Shown here: positions 12,910-25,549 of the stretch, one piece after another
Position numbering within the stretch: the stretch's first letter is position 1
How the letters are laid out: the number at the start of each line of letters is the position of its first letter
Source of the DNA: Zootoca vivipara
Lineage: Eukaryota
Assembly: GCF_963506605.1 (NCBI RefSeq)
Contig: NC_083285.1
Span: 41,168,001 to 41,232,000 of the forward strand
DNA length: 64,000 nt
Direction: 5' to 3'
Translations under genes and position numbers: made by a program
Notes under the pieces: generated by a model
The model's input: only the letters and a program-made list of their open reading frames with translations
What the model was told of the DNA's origin: nothing
Database searches by the model: none

Positions 12910-14440
12910 TCAGTTGCAATTTTTTCCGTGATTGCTGTTTGGGTCATTTGCACACCAACTTAACTCTCTTGGATTTAATATAAGTATGTCTCCATAGCCA
13001 TCTTGAATGGTCCAGAGAAACTATTCACACTCATATACAGCAAGCTTTCTGAGGGTGTTTTATCTAGCAGAAGCCACCATCAACGATGTCCCTCTATTTT
13101 TACAACATTCACACTCCTGGAATTACTCATTTCATCAGGCTTTGGATAGTCCATTGGGGTTGATATTAAAGGTACATGAGCTCACAAATGCCATCTGATT
13201 CCTCTGAGACAATGCTGTTTAGCATGGAGGACATCCTATTTCTGACCACTGGGATATTTGCAATTGTTATAGGTACTCAAGTGAGCTTTGCACTTAGATT
13301 CCACAATGAAAACTTAGCAATTCAGAGACTACAAAAAAAAAATCCTTCCTTTGTATCCTGATTATCACCACTACTGCATCTGATCCCTTTGCTGCTTCTC
13401 ACCAATTCCAGTACCTATTTACTACTATAGTATTGGTCCCTGTTCTAGTGACGGCATCTGTGGTCACTAATACAACATTGGCTCCATTTTCAGTGATGAC
13501 TTTTGCAAGTGGTATTCTATATGCTCTTTTGACTCCCAACACATGATGCCCTTTAATCCAAGAAAGTTCACTACCATTCATTCCTGCCTGGGTTATTTCC
13601 AGCTCCTGCTCTGGCACTACGGCTGTGAGGTAGGTAAAGTCAACTCATTCACTATTACATTACATTTGTTTATCCAATGCGAACTGTTAATGTGCTTACC
13701 ATTCATACACTGGAATTCCCACAATGCTGCTGTTCTGCGAGCTGGGATTTTCTGAGGTTGGGGAATGAAGATAGAATGTCTGAAATCATAGTTTAGTAAT
13801 CCTGAGGCAAGTTCTCAACAGAAAACCTCTGTAGACGATACCAAGCAGAGTGTAGCATAGTTAAATCTGTCATGCCCAAGGTTCAACAAGCCCCTCCTCT
13901 TATAAATGATTCTGTATTCAGAAACCACCTCAGAGATGGCTCCAGTCTTACACTTAATCAAGTCTTCAATGATTCCTAGGCTAAACCACTCCATAATTTG
14001 CATCCTGCGAACTGGAAAATATCCACAAGATATAGAAGGATGTGATCGGTGGTAAAGCATATGTGCCATGAAAGGAACAGCCTCACTCAGCTCTTGACAA
14101 ATGGCTGAAAACTCAATATGCCAGTAAAAGGTTACACTTCAGTTCTTGTCCACTTCTCTTCTGATTGCCAGGTGTATTTGCATTGCATTAGTACCTTCCA
14201 TGAGAGAAAGCTTCCTGCATCTTTTATCTGTTACAATTTGCAGGCAGGACTGGCTATGATTCTTTTATCCTCCCAAGAGCAGACTGCACATTTGTTCTTT
14301 TAGCATTCCAAATCTGCTGTGATTGTGCAATCTGAATTTACTGGTATGCCACTGAAACCCAACTGCAAAATACAGAGTCTGCAAACACCTGAAGTATCCC
14401 TAGTCTCAAGTACAAACCTCCACTCTTCTGGGAGTGAGGA
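12910..14440 (-). pseudogene. Decayed coding sequence, candidate endogenous Mononegavirales L-polymerase fragment
   Basis: One minus frame runs ~260 codons (14400-13617) with only 3 internal stops, then continues after a frameshift; motif order resembles the L capping/connector region (visual comparison only). Confidence 0.45.
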
Positions 14441-15115
14441 GGAGATGGGTGCATGTGTGTGTGTAAAATGGGGTGGGGTTCTTGTGCGTATGATTGAACA
14501 AAACAGAAAAAAGGGGAGGAAAGAAAATGGGTGTCGCTGCCTACCGCCTGACTTGAAAACGGTCTTTGTCTAACCTTAACTTCGGAGTTGTTGAAAAGTT
14601 TTGTGGGATCTTGAACTTCTCCACAGAACAGTGGAATAAAAATGGAAAAAATAAATGCCGCTGCCTTTATAGCACCCTCACTTGGGAGGGTAAGATGGTG
14701 GTAGAATAAAAATGAGCAAACAGGTGGTACCTCGTGGGACAGATTAGTTTTATACTCAGTTGTAAACTTTATTTGAGAAGTTATGAGATTGCTGAACAGC
14801 TGGGGAGTGTAGCAAAATGCTTGGCCAGAAATTAGATTTTTGTAAAAGAGTCCCATCTGCTGCAGATAACTTGGTTACAAAATTGAGAGTGTTCTTCAGA
14901 ATCTTAGGAGGCACAGGTTGCAATCCCATATATATTTACTAGGGCGTAATTTCCATTGAACTCACCAGAAATTTTTGCTGAGTAAACAATCCAGAATGAA
15001 CACAAAAGAAAACCCCAGTATAATCTATTTGGGGCTTACCTTTTGAGGTAATCATGGTTTATGGGTTGTTTTGTACAGAAGACTGATGCCAACCATACTC
15101 TTCTATAATGGGATT

Positions 15116-15345
15116 TACTCCTCATGAGAAGAGAAGACTCCCTGGAAAAGACCCTGATGTTGGGAAAGATTGAGGGCACTAGGAGAAGGGGGCGACAGAG
15201 GACGAGATGGTTGGACAGTGTTCTCGAAGCTACGGACATGAGTTTGACCAAACTGCGGGAGGCAGTGCAAGACAGGAGTGCCTGGCGTGCTATGGTCCAT
15301 GGGGTCACGAAGAGTCGGACACGACTAAACGACTAAACAACAACA
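15116..15345 (+). mobile_element. BovB/RTE 3' fragment
   Basis: MRREDSLEKTLMLGKIEG..RGRQRTRWLD C-terminus, (CAA)n tail, TSD aatgggatt. Confidence 0.92.
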
Positions 15346-16020
15346 AATGGGATTAGGATTGCAACTTTAGCAAAGGGAGCAAAAGCTAAGTAGAGTAATG
15401 ATCCTCCTCCTCTCAATTTCCCAATGTTTCTCGTGGGCAAACAAACCTAATGGAGAGGAGAGCAGCCACAACTCCCACCCCCCTTTCAGCTTCTGAAAGC
15501 CCCTGTGGAGTCCTGGTGGGACTACAGGAAATCATAAATGACATCCTCCTCAAAATGCCTTCATGAGCAAATAACCTTGCAGAAGGGGACTTTTAAACTG
15601 GGCATGTCAGGCCTTTGCAGTGCAATCCTTACCACACTTACTTAGCACTAAGTCCAGCTGAATTGGGGGGGGGGCTTACTTCCATGTAAGTTAGGTTGAG
15701 GTTGCAATTTTAGCAAGGGGAGCTAAAATGCAAGGACAACTCTTGTTTACTGACAGCAAGAAGACAGGCTTGTTTCATGCAGGCGGGGCTTTTCTCGGTT
15801 GCAACTCCCACAAGATTTTCATTTGTTGCTGTGATAGATTAGCTGTTGAGAAACTTCAGCAGTGAGCTTTTTTCTTGGAAGAGAGCACAGCGACGTGCAT
15901 AGGAAGGAACAGCAGCTAGAACAACACATACAAGGCCAAAAAAAATTAGAAAGGGGCTGAAAGAGGAGAGGGGAAGGCAAAGGAAAGCAGAAGGGGATTT
16001 ATCCAGAGAAGAACAAAATC

Positions 16021-16233
16021 ATGGATCTCTTGCTATCATTGCCCTCCCTTTTCACAGCTGTATGGAACAACCCTATGCTGTTGGGGATTTTTCTTGCTAT
16101 TTTCATCTTGGCCTTTGATTACATGAAGCGTCGGAAACGCTGGAGCCACTACCCTCCAGGGCCAGTCTCCCTGCCCTTCATTGGCACCATATTGCAGATT
16201 GACTTCAACAACCCTCATGTTTCTTTTACCCAG
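16021..16233 (+). CDS. CYP2D: Cytochrome P450 2D exon 1
   Basis: ATG, membrane anchor, basic patch, YPPGPVSLPFIG proline hinge; CAG|gtaagt. Confidence 0.95.
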
Positions 16234-16619
16234 GTAAGTGCCTCCTGGGGGCTGGAAAGCAGAAACAAAGCGAGCCTATACATACCCAAACACTTTTCTT
16301 ATAGGAACTGCACAGTGTAATAAAGGGCATGTCTGGGCAGTATTATCCACACCCTCAGGCTTTATTTGCTGTGCTGAACTTGGAAGGTGGCAAAGCAAAG
16401 TTGCAAGCACTTTTTTTTAGAGTGCTGCAATGCTACTTGGACCTTGTGGAGATCAGCACCACCCTGGCCTCTGTCTGCAGTAGGGTTAGGCAGGGAGACC
16501 AGAGATCCATGGGGAAATGCAAGGAGTGTGGTGTGTGGACTGCAGGGGAAAGAAATAACATTGTTTCCCATCTGCACCCCTTTCAAACTACTATCTGGAA
16601 CCACACCCTAGCCTAGCAG

Positions 16620-17800
16620 TATGAGAAAGGAAGGTGACCACAAATCGTGTCGTGTTGCGGTAAGACCTGGCAACCAAACCCTTGTGTTGTGGGTGGGTAT
16701 GATTGGATAGCCACAACACCCGATTGGTAGGATCCTTGATGTTGGGTTTAATCTGACCAATGGTACGCTAGCCAAATTGATCAAGGGACCTATATATGCC
16801 AATGCACGTGAGCTTGAGCTTTCTCCCTTGGTCAGTGCATCGGAACACCCAGCCCATCTTTCCCTATACTTAGGGCTTGCGCGCTTGACCTTTCTATGCC
16901 GTCGTGTGTCGTCTGTTGTTGGGACAGGCACAGCAGGAATTTTCCCCACTTGGCTGATTGGCTGGTGCCCCCATCGTTCAGCCCGGACACTGAGATCCAG
17001 CGCCAAGGGCCTTCTGGCAGTTCCCTCACTGCGAGAAGCAAAGCTACAGGGAACCAGGCAGAGGGCCTTTTTGGTAGTGGCGCCTGCCCTGTGGAACGCC
17101 CTCCCATCGGAAGTCAAGAAGATAAACAACTACCTGACATTTAGAAAACACCTAAAGGCAGCCCTGTTTAGGGAAGTTTTTAATCTGTGATATTTTAATG
17201 TATTTTGGTATTTGTTGGAAGCCGCCCAGAGTGGCGGGGAAAACCCAGCCAGATGGGCGGGGTATAAATAAGTAATAATAATAATAATTTGGGTTTTGCC
17301 CTGCCTCGTACCAAATCATCACAACTTGTAGGGTTGTGTATAGGCTCTGGTCCAGGTGATAGGGATGGGGGAACGCTCTCACCATCCCTATGTGAAGGGT
17401 ATTCCGTTAAAGGAATCCAGGAACTCAATGGTTTGGTCAACCCTGTGAGGGGGTTGTGCCTGTGCCTGAATCCAGGGGGACATCTGGGTGGTGGACATAG
17501 CCTGTTCCCAGCTTTCTGCCTATCCAGGTGTTCACCCTAGGCTGACCTATGCTGGTGCCCTAGGTCAGCACTACCTGCAACAGTGCAGGGAGCTAGTCAA
17601 AACAGAGCCTATGCAACCACTCACCTGATGTAATCAACAAAGTTGTGGCCTAAATTCTGCCGAAAACCAAACCAAAAATTTGAGTCTTGTGTGAATTTAT
17701 TTAAGGGGGAGGTTTAAAGGTCTAAACACGCAAATATGCTTCAATTAGGCTTGGAAACACATTTTGCTTTCCATAACTGCTCTAGAGCCCAGAAGACGTG
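16620..17800 (+). mobile_element. LTR/DIRS-like repeat interrupted by an L2 3' fragment (~16965-17290)
   Basis: CCAAT/TATA-bearing segment; the insert reads RAFLVVAPALWNALP (L2 ORF2 end) and ends in a (TAA)n tail. Confidence 0.5.
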
Positions 17801-17806
17801 GCACGC

Positions 17807-18352
17807 TGTAATGGTATTAGAGGCTTCCTCACGAGTAAGCAGCTCCAAACCTCGTGCTTGGTTTTTACAGGGTTTATTGGATACATACATGTATCCAATG
17901 TATTACATACATATGTACAAGACAGAGCATCAAAAAGCATGACTGCAGTAGTCCTATCCAGAATCCGGAAGCACCTCCCTTCGTGACTTCCGCCAACACA
18001 GCCCCCTGGGGACCTTGAACCTCCTCCGTTGGTCCCTCCTCCTTTCACCCCTTCTCTGTTGGGATGAGGGTGCTGGTGGAGCGCCTTCTCCACTAGAGCT
18101 GCTCAGTTGAGGGACCGGCATTGTAGCTTCTGGAACCTCCCCCCCCCTTGAGTGCTTTGATCCACCCTCGGCAGCCCTGTCTCTGGGAACCTCGTCGTCT
18201 CAACATCCCCAAGGGTCTGCACCTCCTCCTGAGCCCCCTTCCCACCTTCCGGAGGAAGCTGCTAGGCGCTAGGCTCTGGGGCTCTGGCAGCGTCCGAGAG
18301 CCCTCACTCCGATCCACCAGACTCTCCACTGACCCCTTGTAGTCCCCTGACA
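17807..18352 (-). mobile_element. LTR-like element (TGT...ACA)
   Basis: TGTAA...TGACA termini, minus-strand AATAAA near 17875, GC-rich body; no clean TSD seen. Confidence 0.55.
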
Positions 18353-19394
18353 CAGACCAAATAACTCCTGAACTCGTAAGAACTCCTGATTGAGATTTTG
18401 TTTTTTTTAGTAGAGGTAACCCCATTTGTGTACGATCAGCACACACATGACCGCTGATGCGTGCACCATTTTTGGCACCGCAAGGGGGCTGTGTGGGCTG
18501 GGTTTACTCATCCTAGTGGATCTATCTTATGATTGAACCCTAAGTAAGTTGAGACTAACTTGTTTTATGGATTTCAGTGGGCTTTAAGCCCAGGTAACTT
18601 GGGTTTAATCTGGCCCTGCTACTGCAAGTAGGCCTTCCATAACTAGGCATGCAGTAAGCTGGCAATTTACGCGGGGGTTACATTCTTGGGATAAAGCCAA
18701 AATCGGGGATAATCTAAAACCATTGGGTTCAGCGGTGGTGGAATTGCCAAAGTCATGTTTCCTGGAACCCCACCCAATTTCCACCCCTTTTTAATTTTTT
18801 TGCAGCATGTGTATGGCTGAATGCACACAAATAAAATGTGTGCAAGGTGCAGGTTTGCTGTATTCTGTGGAATTTGAGGGCTGAAAGAGGAGCAAGAATC
18901 TTTTCCATTAATGTTAATTTTGTGATCCTGCATTTGTAGGGGATAATCTACCCAGAATGCATGTTTCAAATTATTGCCTAGAGCCTTGGTGAACAAAACT
19001 AGAATATTCAGTTAAGCTGCTTGAGGGCAGCAGAGAGCATTTAGTGGTTGTAACCTTTCGTTCTGGAGACTTACTTATATTGCAAAATAATGTTTTTAAG
19101 ATTTGAAAATGCAAATGCCTGCAAGGAAAATTCTTACTGGTTTTTAACTCTCTGGGCTCATCCACATTTACTTTTTGCCAGTGCTTTTTAAAAAGAAAAA
19201 GAAAAGAAAAAAGGTGGCAGCACTCACCGTGGTCGTTACAGTAAACACCACACTTTTAACATTTGGGGGGAAACGGTGCCATTACTGGGTTCCCTTGAGT
19301 ATCCCCAGAAAAAAAGCACTGCCTTTTGCCACTCATTTTCTAAACACAGGTTTGTGCTTTCCTGGTGCATATCAAAGTCTGTGTTTTGAGCCTG

Positions 19395-19541
19395 NNNNNN
19401 NNNNNNNNNNNNNNNNNNNNNNNNNNNNNNNNNNNNNNNNNNNNNNNNNNNNNNNNNNNNNNNNNNNNNNNNNNNNNNNNNNNNNNNNNNNNNNNNNNNN
19501 NNNNNNNNNNNNNNNNNNNNNNNNNNNNNNNNNNNNNNNNN
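19395..19541. other. Assembly gap (N run)
   Basis: Seen directly. Confidence 1.
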
Positions 19542-19626
19542 GGAAAGCCTGGACTTGTGCCTAGAAATGTTGAACAAAAGAAAGTGTGGATGAGCCCGTT
19601 GTGGAAGTGAAATGAAAGGCTTCTTG

Positions 19627-19657
<31 letters not shown>

Positions 19658-19742
19658 TGTGTGCCACACATGGATTTGCATTCTAGTCACATACTCTCTT
19701 TTTAATATTTTGCTGGAAGCCGCCCAGAGTGGCTGGGGTATA

Positions 19743-19796
19743 AATTATTATTATTATTATTATTATTCCTCCTCCTCCTCCTCCTCCTCCTCCTCT
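19743..19796. repeat. Compound (TTA)n(TCC)n microsatellite
   Basis: Seen directly. Confidence 0.9.
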
Positions 19797-19899
19797 CAGA
19801 GCAGTAGGAGTTTTGCATGCAACTGACTGGTCCTCCTCTTTAAAAGGAGTATATGGCACTCTTTAAAAGGAGAATATAAATATAAATATAAATATAAAT

Positions 19900-20997
19900 A
19901 AAGCTGATGATCTGAGTTACAGTCAGCTCCAGGTCTTGTTTTTACTGACTGTATAGAGCTTCTCCATCTTTGGCTGCAGAGAATATAATCAATCTGATTT
20001 CGATGCTGCCCATTTGGTGATATCCATGTGTAGAGTCGCCTCTTGTGTTGCTGGAAAAGAGTGTTTGTGATGACCAGCTTGTTCTCTTGACAGAACTCTA
20101 TTAGCCTTTGCCCTGCTTCATTTTGAACTCCAAGGCCAAACTTGCCAGTTGTTCCTTTTATCTCTTGATTCCCTACTTTAGCATTCCAATCCCCTGTAAT
20201 GAGAAGAACATCCTTCTTTGGTGTCATTTCTAAAAGGTGTTGTAAGTCTTCATAGAATTGGTCAATTTCACTTTCTTCAGCACCGGTAGTTGGTGCATAA
20301 ACTTGGATTACTGTGATGTTAAAAGGTCTGCCTTGGATTCGTATCGAGATCATTCTGTCATTTTTGAGATTGCATCCCATTACAGCTTTTGCCACTCTTT
20401 TGTTGACTATGAGGGCCACTCCATTTCTTCTACGGGATTCTTGCCCACAGTAGTAGATATGATAGTCATCCGAACTGAATTCGCCCATTCCCTTCCATTT
20501 TAGTTCACTGATGCCCAGGATGTCAATATTTATTCTTGCCATCTCATTTTTGACCACATCCAGCTTGCCATTATCCATGGTTCTTACATTCCAGGTTCCT
20601 GTGCAATATTTTTCTTTACAGCATCAGACTTTCCTTTCGCTTCCAGGCATATCCGCAACTGAGCAACCTTTCGGCTTTGGCCCAGCTGCTTCATCAGCTC
20701 TGAATCTACTTGTACTTGTCCTCCGCTCTTCCTCAGTAGCATGTTGGACGCCTTCCGACCTGAGGGGCTCATCTTCCAGCGTCATAACTTTTATATGCCT
20801 TTTGTCTTTGTCCATGGAGTTTTCTTGGCAGGGATACTGAAGTGGCTTGCCAGTTCCTTCTCCAGGTGGATCATGTTTAGTCAAAACTCTCCACTATGAC
20901 CTGTCCATCTTGGGTGGCCCTGCATGGCATAGCTCATAGCTTCTCTGAGTTACTCAAGCCCCTTCACCACGACAAGGCATTGATCCATGAAGGGGCC
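19900..20997 (-). mobile_element. BovB/RTE LINE 5' part with APE endonuclease domain
   Basis: ILGISELKW, IQVYAPT, TGDWNAKVG, NQIDYIL and SDHQL motifs; RTE-type 5' region at 20850-20997. Confidence 0.95.
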
Positions 20998-22025
20998 AAA
21001 CTCTTTCCACTACTTCCACCAAATCTTAATGTGAATCCTAAAATGAATGAATGAATCCTATGATGATAGTAAGATCCAGGGTAAAAGCTTGACTGTGTGG
21101 TTCTAATGAGTGTGAAATTCTTGATGTGAGGTTATTGTGGCTGCCTTGTGTCATGGTCACTTGGAGGAATGAGTGAGGCTGTGCTGGGCAAGATGCTTCT
21201 GTGCTTCCTGTGGTCATCCATGAAATGGGTCTGTTACTGGCAGCTTAATTGAATTATAGCTTTATTTGTGATACAGGGTTAATTTGCTCTGCTGGATGTT
21301 ATGAAACAGTTGCTGGTGTTTATTTTAGCAGAGTACCAAAGTTTAAATTCCGTCCTCTCCAAGGTATCAACTAGCTTTTTTCTTTATTTGTTGGGTAAAC
21401 GTTTTTTTCCTTGCTAGGCCTTTTCATCTGGCTCCAATAGCGGTTTTCCTTCTCTACATATGTAATTAAGCAATACCGTTGCAAGCAATTCTGCTCCAGG
21501 GATTCTGGAACATTGGGCAGAACACATTCTCATGGGCTGGGTTTTATCAATTTAGTCCTTAATTATATATGCTACAACTGTTCACCTCTAAATTGAACTA
21601 CCACACTGCACTTTGCCGTTGAAGACATTTTGAAAATGTCAAATGGTCCAAAATGCAGCATGCAATGTTAAGATCGGCAGAGGGGTCTTTCTTGGTAGGT
21701 CTGCCACCCACAGTAGCAGGGAATGGCAGCCTAGTAGCGGGCTTTTTCTGTGGCAGCCCCACTGAGGTGCATCATTTGCAAAGCTTTGTCCCTATGCTGA
21801 AGACTCTCATCTTAGATACTTAAGGTATTTTGTTTTATCAGCCCCACCTCTTCTGTAAAATGAGAACTGCTGTTTTCACTGGCATGGTTTGGCTTGCTTT
21901 TGCAATGCTAACTTTTTATCTACCGTATCTATAATTTTTTTATTATGCTGTAACTGGCCCTGGGACTTGACAGAGTAGGATGGGTAAGAAATCTTAATTT
22001 TTCCCCCCATTTATTGTCTTTATAG

Positions 22026-22197
22026 CTAAGTAAGAAATATGGGAATATTTATAGCCTGCAGAACCTCTGGACAAATGTGGTGGTACTGAATGGTTTCAAG
22101 GCCGTGAAAGAAGCTTTAGTCAATAAATCAGAAGATTTTGCTGATCGCCCCTTCTTTCCTATCTACAGACACCTGGGATACGGAGAAGTCAATCAAG
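22026..22197 (+). CDS. CYP2D: CYP2D exon 2 (172 nt)
   Basis: tag|LSKKYGNIYSLQ...VKEALVNKSEDFADRP...NQ G|gt. Confidence 0.95.
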
Positions 22198-22669
22198 GTA
22201 TGTCTGGAGCCCCAAGTTCCTGGAGGAGATGAAAGGGGTTGGGAGTCCCCAGCCACACTTGTCATGCTAGCATTGCAAACGTGACACCAAGTCCCGTTCC
22301 CTTAATGCAAAGTTGCACTTGGAGGCTGTGGGGTATTCAGCATTTTCCCTAGAGACCTGTTCAGAAACTACTTATACACATTTCAGGGCATAAATCAAGA
22401 TTTTGGAAAGGGCTGTTATGACCCCGGACTCCTATTAGAAGCGATCTGAAAACTATGAGGACAGAGAAAACAGGGTCCTTGCAGCTCCCCAGTCAGCAAT
22501 CATTCAGGAGAAGCTTTCTCCACCTTCTTGCTAAGCCCAGGTTCCACAGGAAACATTCTATCCATGCCAGAACACACATCTGTGTAATAGATAACAGATC
22601 CGTTCTAAGCGGGACTTCTCATATATATCTGCCCTGTATGACAAAACTATCCATGTTGGAGCAACTCTT

Positions 22670-24610
22670 CCATTTTTTAAAAATATTTTTTATTGATTTT
22701 AATATAAACAAAAGCAAAACACAACATAGTATATATACTCCGTCCCTCCATCCTCCCTAATCCTTCAACACACACATATAAAACAAACAACTAAATTTTT
22801 CAATTCTTATTTTCTTAACATTGTATTTGTGACTTCCTCGAATCTCTTCTTCCTGGTTTTCTTAGTTTCTTAATATAATTATGGCGGATTTTCTGATCTT
22901 AACTCAAAATCTTTTCCTTAAAATATTCACTTTATCCTCCTCCTTCTTCGTGCCCCCTCCCCATGGGTCCCCTCCTGCCACGAGAGGAACCCGTGAGGTG
23001 CGGCCTTCCAAAGGAGATCCATTTTTGTGTCTGGGTTTCCCTCCACCCCTCCTCCCCCCTCAGAGCACCCCCTGCCACCAGGTGCTTCCGAGTAAAGGGA
23101 GGAAGAGAGGTAGCTCTCTGCCCAGACACATATCTAAACATAAAAATATTTAATACAAATCTAAATTTTCTTTTCCCAACTATTCTTCTTTTCCCTCCAG
23201 AAAATACAGTTATTATATAGACTCATTTCTCTAATCAAAATCTTAACCTTTACTTTTTAACACTCTCCCTCCCCTCCCCCGACGTCATTCCCCCACTTGA
23301 ACCAACATTTCCTTTAACATGCCAAGATTTCAGAAACCGTTATTCAATCAGCCTAGATACCTCTTAACTAAAATTCTCATCCCACACCACATCTTTCCCA
23401 TTTCCAAGTCCAGGCCTCTGTCCCCCCCCCTCCTTCTGCATTTCCCACTCCTCAGTCATGCATCTCCAAATTTCAGTCCTCCAGGCTCCTCCTTTTCTTG
23501 AATCTTCATTTCGTTTTGTTGTTCATTGGCCTCATCTTCTTTCTTTTCAAGTCCTTGTTGTGCATCATCCAGCACCTGTTTTTTGTAATCCAACTCAATT
23601 TCGGCATTGTTCTCTATTTCTTGCTCTTTATTCTTAATCTCACATTCAAAATTGTCCTCTAAGTCCTGATCTTGAACCACAGTTTCTGTACATGATGGAC
23701 TGGAATGTTGCAGTTTCTTATGGATGTCTTTCAGTATTTGCAGATAGTCCAGCACAGCCTCCTGGAAGGCTAAGGAGTAAATTGTTTTCATTCTTTCTCT
23801 TAACCACAAGCAGACAGGAGATTAGGAGACAAAAGGCACTGGAAATTTCCTCCTGTTACACGGTCGCCTCCATCTTGGCTGTCCTTTCCCATTGTCTTTA
23901 ACTTCACCATATATCAAATCCTAATTCAGATTGACTTAACTTTAACTTCTTCTTGTAGCAAATTAAACCATTCAACAGCAATTTAGTAGCTTTGTCTAGC
24001 TTTTTGACAGCTTTGACAGCTCTTGACAGCTGTCAAAGCACTCTCCCCCTTACTGATCTTGCTGGTCCTCAAGGGGTGCCGACTCCGGGGGGCTGGGAAG
24101 GGTTGCCAAAGTCTTTCTTTCTCTCGGGTTCCACAGTCAATCAGTTTCCCTTTCGGCTAGGAATATTTATTGCGCCTCCTGATTGACCATTAGGAAGAGA
24201 TTGATTTCCGTTTTTTGAATCTCCTCCTGTTTTTCCAAATTGTTGCCAAATTTATCTCAAAGTTCCAATTAGGGGTTCCACTTACTCTTTTTTCCCCCTT
24301 GGATTTTCTTTGGAAGAATCCGCCGCTGGCAGACAGAAGACTTGAGGCTTCGCTTCTTGGAGGTAAGCTGACGTCCAAAATGGCTCCCGCGACTCTTCAC
24401 TCCGCTGGCTCTCAGGGGCTCTACTGATTCCCTGGGCAGCGGAGGAATCGCGAACCGGAGCTCTGCTGGACCTGCGCCCCCAGGACGCTCTTCCCGGGGT
24501 TCTTTCGGGGAACCCGCTCGCCCTGCAGATTCCCCCCCCCCTCTGCGATGCCAGGGACCTCGGAGCTCGAGGTCCCTGCGTCTTCTAGCTGGCGCGGCAG
24601 ACCGGAAGTG
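22670..24610 (-). mobile_element. TSD-bounded non-autonomous L1/Tx1-like retroelement
   Basis: 13-bp TSD tggagcaactctt (22657-22669 and 24611-24623), CpG-rich 5' end starting CACTTCCGG, AATAAA plus A-rich tail, E/Q/K-rich ORF remnant. Confidence 0.8.
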
Positions 24611-25129
24611 TGGAGCAACTCTTGCAATTCCCTACTTCTCAGTGAAACTGGCAATCAGTTTATACTGATTTGGGCTTCAGAGGGAGGGAGTTCTCTGTGC
24701 TTCTAACTCTCTCCTTCCTGATCCGCCCTTTGCCAAAGCCAGTTGGAATGGCCCCACATGCTTGTGGGGCAGGGAAGGAAGGGACCCTGTATAGTTAAAT
24801 TGTGTATTTAATGATTTTTAAAAAATTGTATACCTTATAGTCCCTTTAGGAACTTGCACAACACAACTGTATATTTTTATAATTTTAGATAAAATCATTT
24901 AAAAATATTCTCATTGTGATCTGCTGAAATGCTTGTACACATAACACACATAATTTTGAAATTAAAAAAGATACTGAAAAGAAAAAAAATGAGGTCATGG
25001 CTTCAGTATATATTTATATAGTTCAGGTCAAAGTGTTCTTTGCCATAAAACTATGGCATAACTGGTATAAGCAGATATCAGAGCTACTTAGGTTCCTTCT
25101 TCATGGTAATTTATCTTATCAATGCCAAT

Positions 25130-25514
25130 ATTATGGGATAAAGTATTTGTTTATATACCTCAAGAACCGCCCCGGACTCTGTGTTCATAATCTGAAGCCC
25201 TTCTTCATGTGCCTCCTCCGCGTGAGGCCGGGAGGGTGGCAACACGGGAACATAGCCTTCTCTGTAGTGATCCCTATTTGTGAAATCCTCTCTCCAGGGA
25301 GGTGCATTTGACACCTTCAATATATATTTTTAGGCACCAGGCGGAAACTTTCCTTTTCAAACAGGCCTTGGGCTGATTAATATTCTACAGCCTTTTAAAT
25401 GTGTCTGCAAGAAGTGAGGGTTATTGTTTTGCTGTTTTCTTTTAATTATTTACTTGTTTTTATTATCTATTCTGTGAACTGCCCTGAGATATTATGATGA
25501 AGGGTGGTGTATTA

Positions 25515-25548
<34 letters not shown>
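25130..25548 (+). mobile_element. L2-type 3' fragment ending in (ATT)n
   Basis: Similar to the L2 tail at 16965-17290. Confidence 0.6.

Positions 25549-25549
<1 letters not shown>

Noticed and set aside
14338-14856. 172-aa minus ORF
   Set aside because: No recognisable domain; runs through low-complexity GT/purine-rich sequence
15580-15990. HNF4/DR1-like and FOXA-like sites upstream of CYP2D
   Set aside because: Only degenerate matches in purine-rich sequence and the TSS is unknown
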